From Macrostomum lignano (taxonomy: Eukaryota), in the NCBI GenBank assembly GCA_002269645.1, contig NIVC01000255.1:496001-560000 (forward strand): a DNA stretch of 64,000 bases, written 5' to 3'. A program made the translations under genes and the position numbers. Positions 62,852 through 64,000 of this stretch are shown in pieces; within the stretch, counting starts at the first letter, position 1; every line of letters starts with the position of its first letter. The notes beneath the pieces were generated by a model, which was given only the letters and a program-made list of their open reading frames with translations, was not told the DNA's origin and made no database searches.

Positions 62852-64000
62852 TGTTGCTAAGTTGTTCAGTTTTAACAAAGTATAAACAAAACTTAGAAAA
62901 TAGAAATAGAAATAGCTTCTAGAAATGTTGCAGTGCAAAATACTTCAGTAGAAATGGCAGGTTAAAACCACAATTTGCAGTACATTTCGATTTAAATAGT
63001 CAAGCCCCCACCCCAATCACCAGCAGTCAACCCACACCACTAAACAGCCAATCAGAATGCAGATACCCCTCCCTCACATGTCTGCAATCTCTTCGTTTCC
63101 AGACTAAATCCGCTGGGGTGGGTGGGCTCTGAATCTTGTGGCGTGATCTCACGACGCTAATTGAACTACCACGGCCAACCCCTCTCAACGTTGTCTGCGA
63201 CTTATCGTTTTTCACACTCATGAAGAGCAGCATAAACTTTCTTAGTCATTTATCCAGTTAATCTGAACTTGTCTGTGTTTACTCCATTTTCTCACCCTCT
63301 TCTCTATCTAATTCAGTCTTCTTATTCTTTTCTCTGTTTGTAGCCGCCGTCTCATTAGCTATATAATCTCCCGCCTACCTCCACCACCCCTCCTAATTCT
63401 TACTTGCAATCAACCATAACCCCGGAGTTTACACCTGAGTCATTGCAATGACTAAGAAAGTAGCAACAATTAAAAAGTGCAGGGTATTCTGTGTTGTTTA
63501 CCGCTTCAAACTGGTTTTGATTCAATCTCCCCAGGCCCAGCTTGGCTTAAGTCACCCAACCAAAACTGCGCTCTCACCCCTTCTCTCTGTCCAGTGTGAG
63601 CTTCACCCCTAAGCCGTGCATAGCTCAGCCCCAACCCGTCCAGCCACTGCCGTCACTCTTGCTTAGCTTCATTTGTCCACCTCAGCCCTGAGTGGCTAAT
63701 CCCCACACGAAACGGCCAATCGTGTTGGGCCAGCACCAATCCACCCCAGAAAGTTTTGCTGTATATATTGTAGATTCTTACTCTACGCCAACTTAAGATA
63801 TCCAATATATATATATATATAGTAAATATATTATCAGTATTTATTTTAGTATATTGGATTTGGATATAGCTCGTACAATGAAAGTAACTATCGTAGAAAA
63901 GACTCACCAGCGCCGCCCGCCCCATCACCGAAAACGTAAGTATTGCATACATTGTTGGTTACTACTTTATCATTTAATTACCAACCTCCTAGAACTTGCT

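Overview
Eukaryotic (metazoan-type, TTAGGG repeats, GT-AG introns) window that is almost entirely transposon and satellite DNA; no intact host gene is visible. (1) 1931-22595: head-to-tail array of one Ty3/gypsy retrotransposon (LTR-int-LTR-int-LTR-int[deleted]-LTR[5' truncated], ~7.86 kb period, ~1.33 kb shared LTRs, one CTCG target-site duplication around the whole array, tRNA-Leu PBS, -1 gag/pol slippery site, extra ORF after integrase). (2) 25535-26752: Crypton/DUF3504-type tyrosine recombinase with one in-frame stop. (3) 27081-29590 (-) and ~48950-52041 (+): two copies of a non-autonomous Helitron-like family (3' hairpin + CTAG|T) carrying a tRNA-derived segment and different expanded satellites; a third fragment lies at ~60240. 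(4) 29820-31642 (-): fossil N-terminal half of a Polinton/adintovirus-type protein-primed DNA polymerase with a poly-Gly expansion. (5) 33028-46779: an older, decayed relative of the array element, interrupted by a near full-length LOA/R1-group LINE (39679-44984, 13-bp TSD). (6) 52413-55115: I-group LINE lacking the RT core. (7) 55474-59805 (-): CsRn1-clade gypsy element. (8) 61680-62851 (-): intron-containing RPA70-like two-OB-fold pseudogene. The most novel-looking signals are a conserved non-env domain downstream of integrase in two diverged gypsy families, stacked PBS copies inside the LTR U5, and the tRNA/satellite-carrying Helitron-like family. Many frameshifts are single-base homopolymer changes and may be long-read consensus errors. 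All assignments come from motif recognition by eye; no searches were run.
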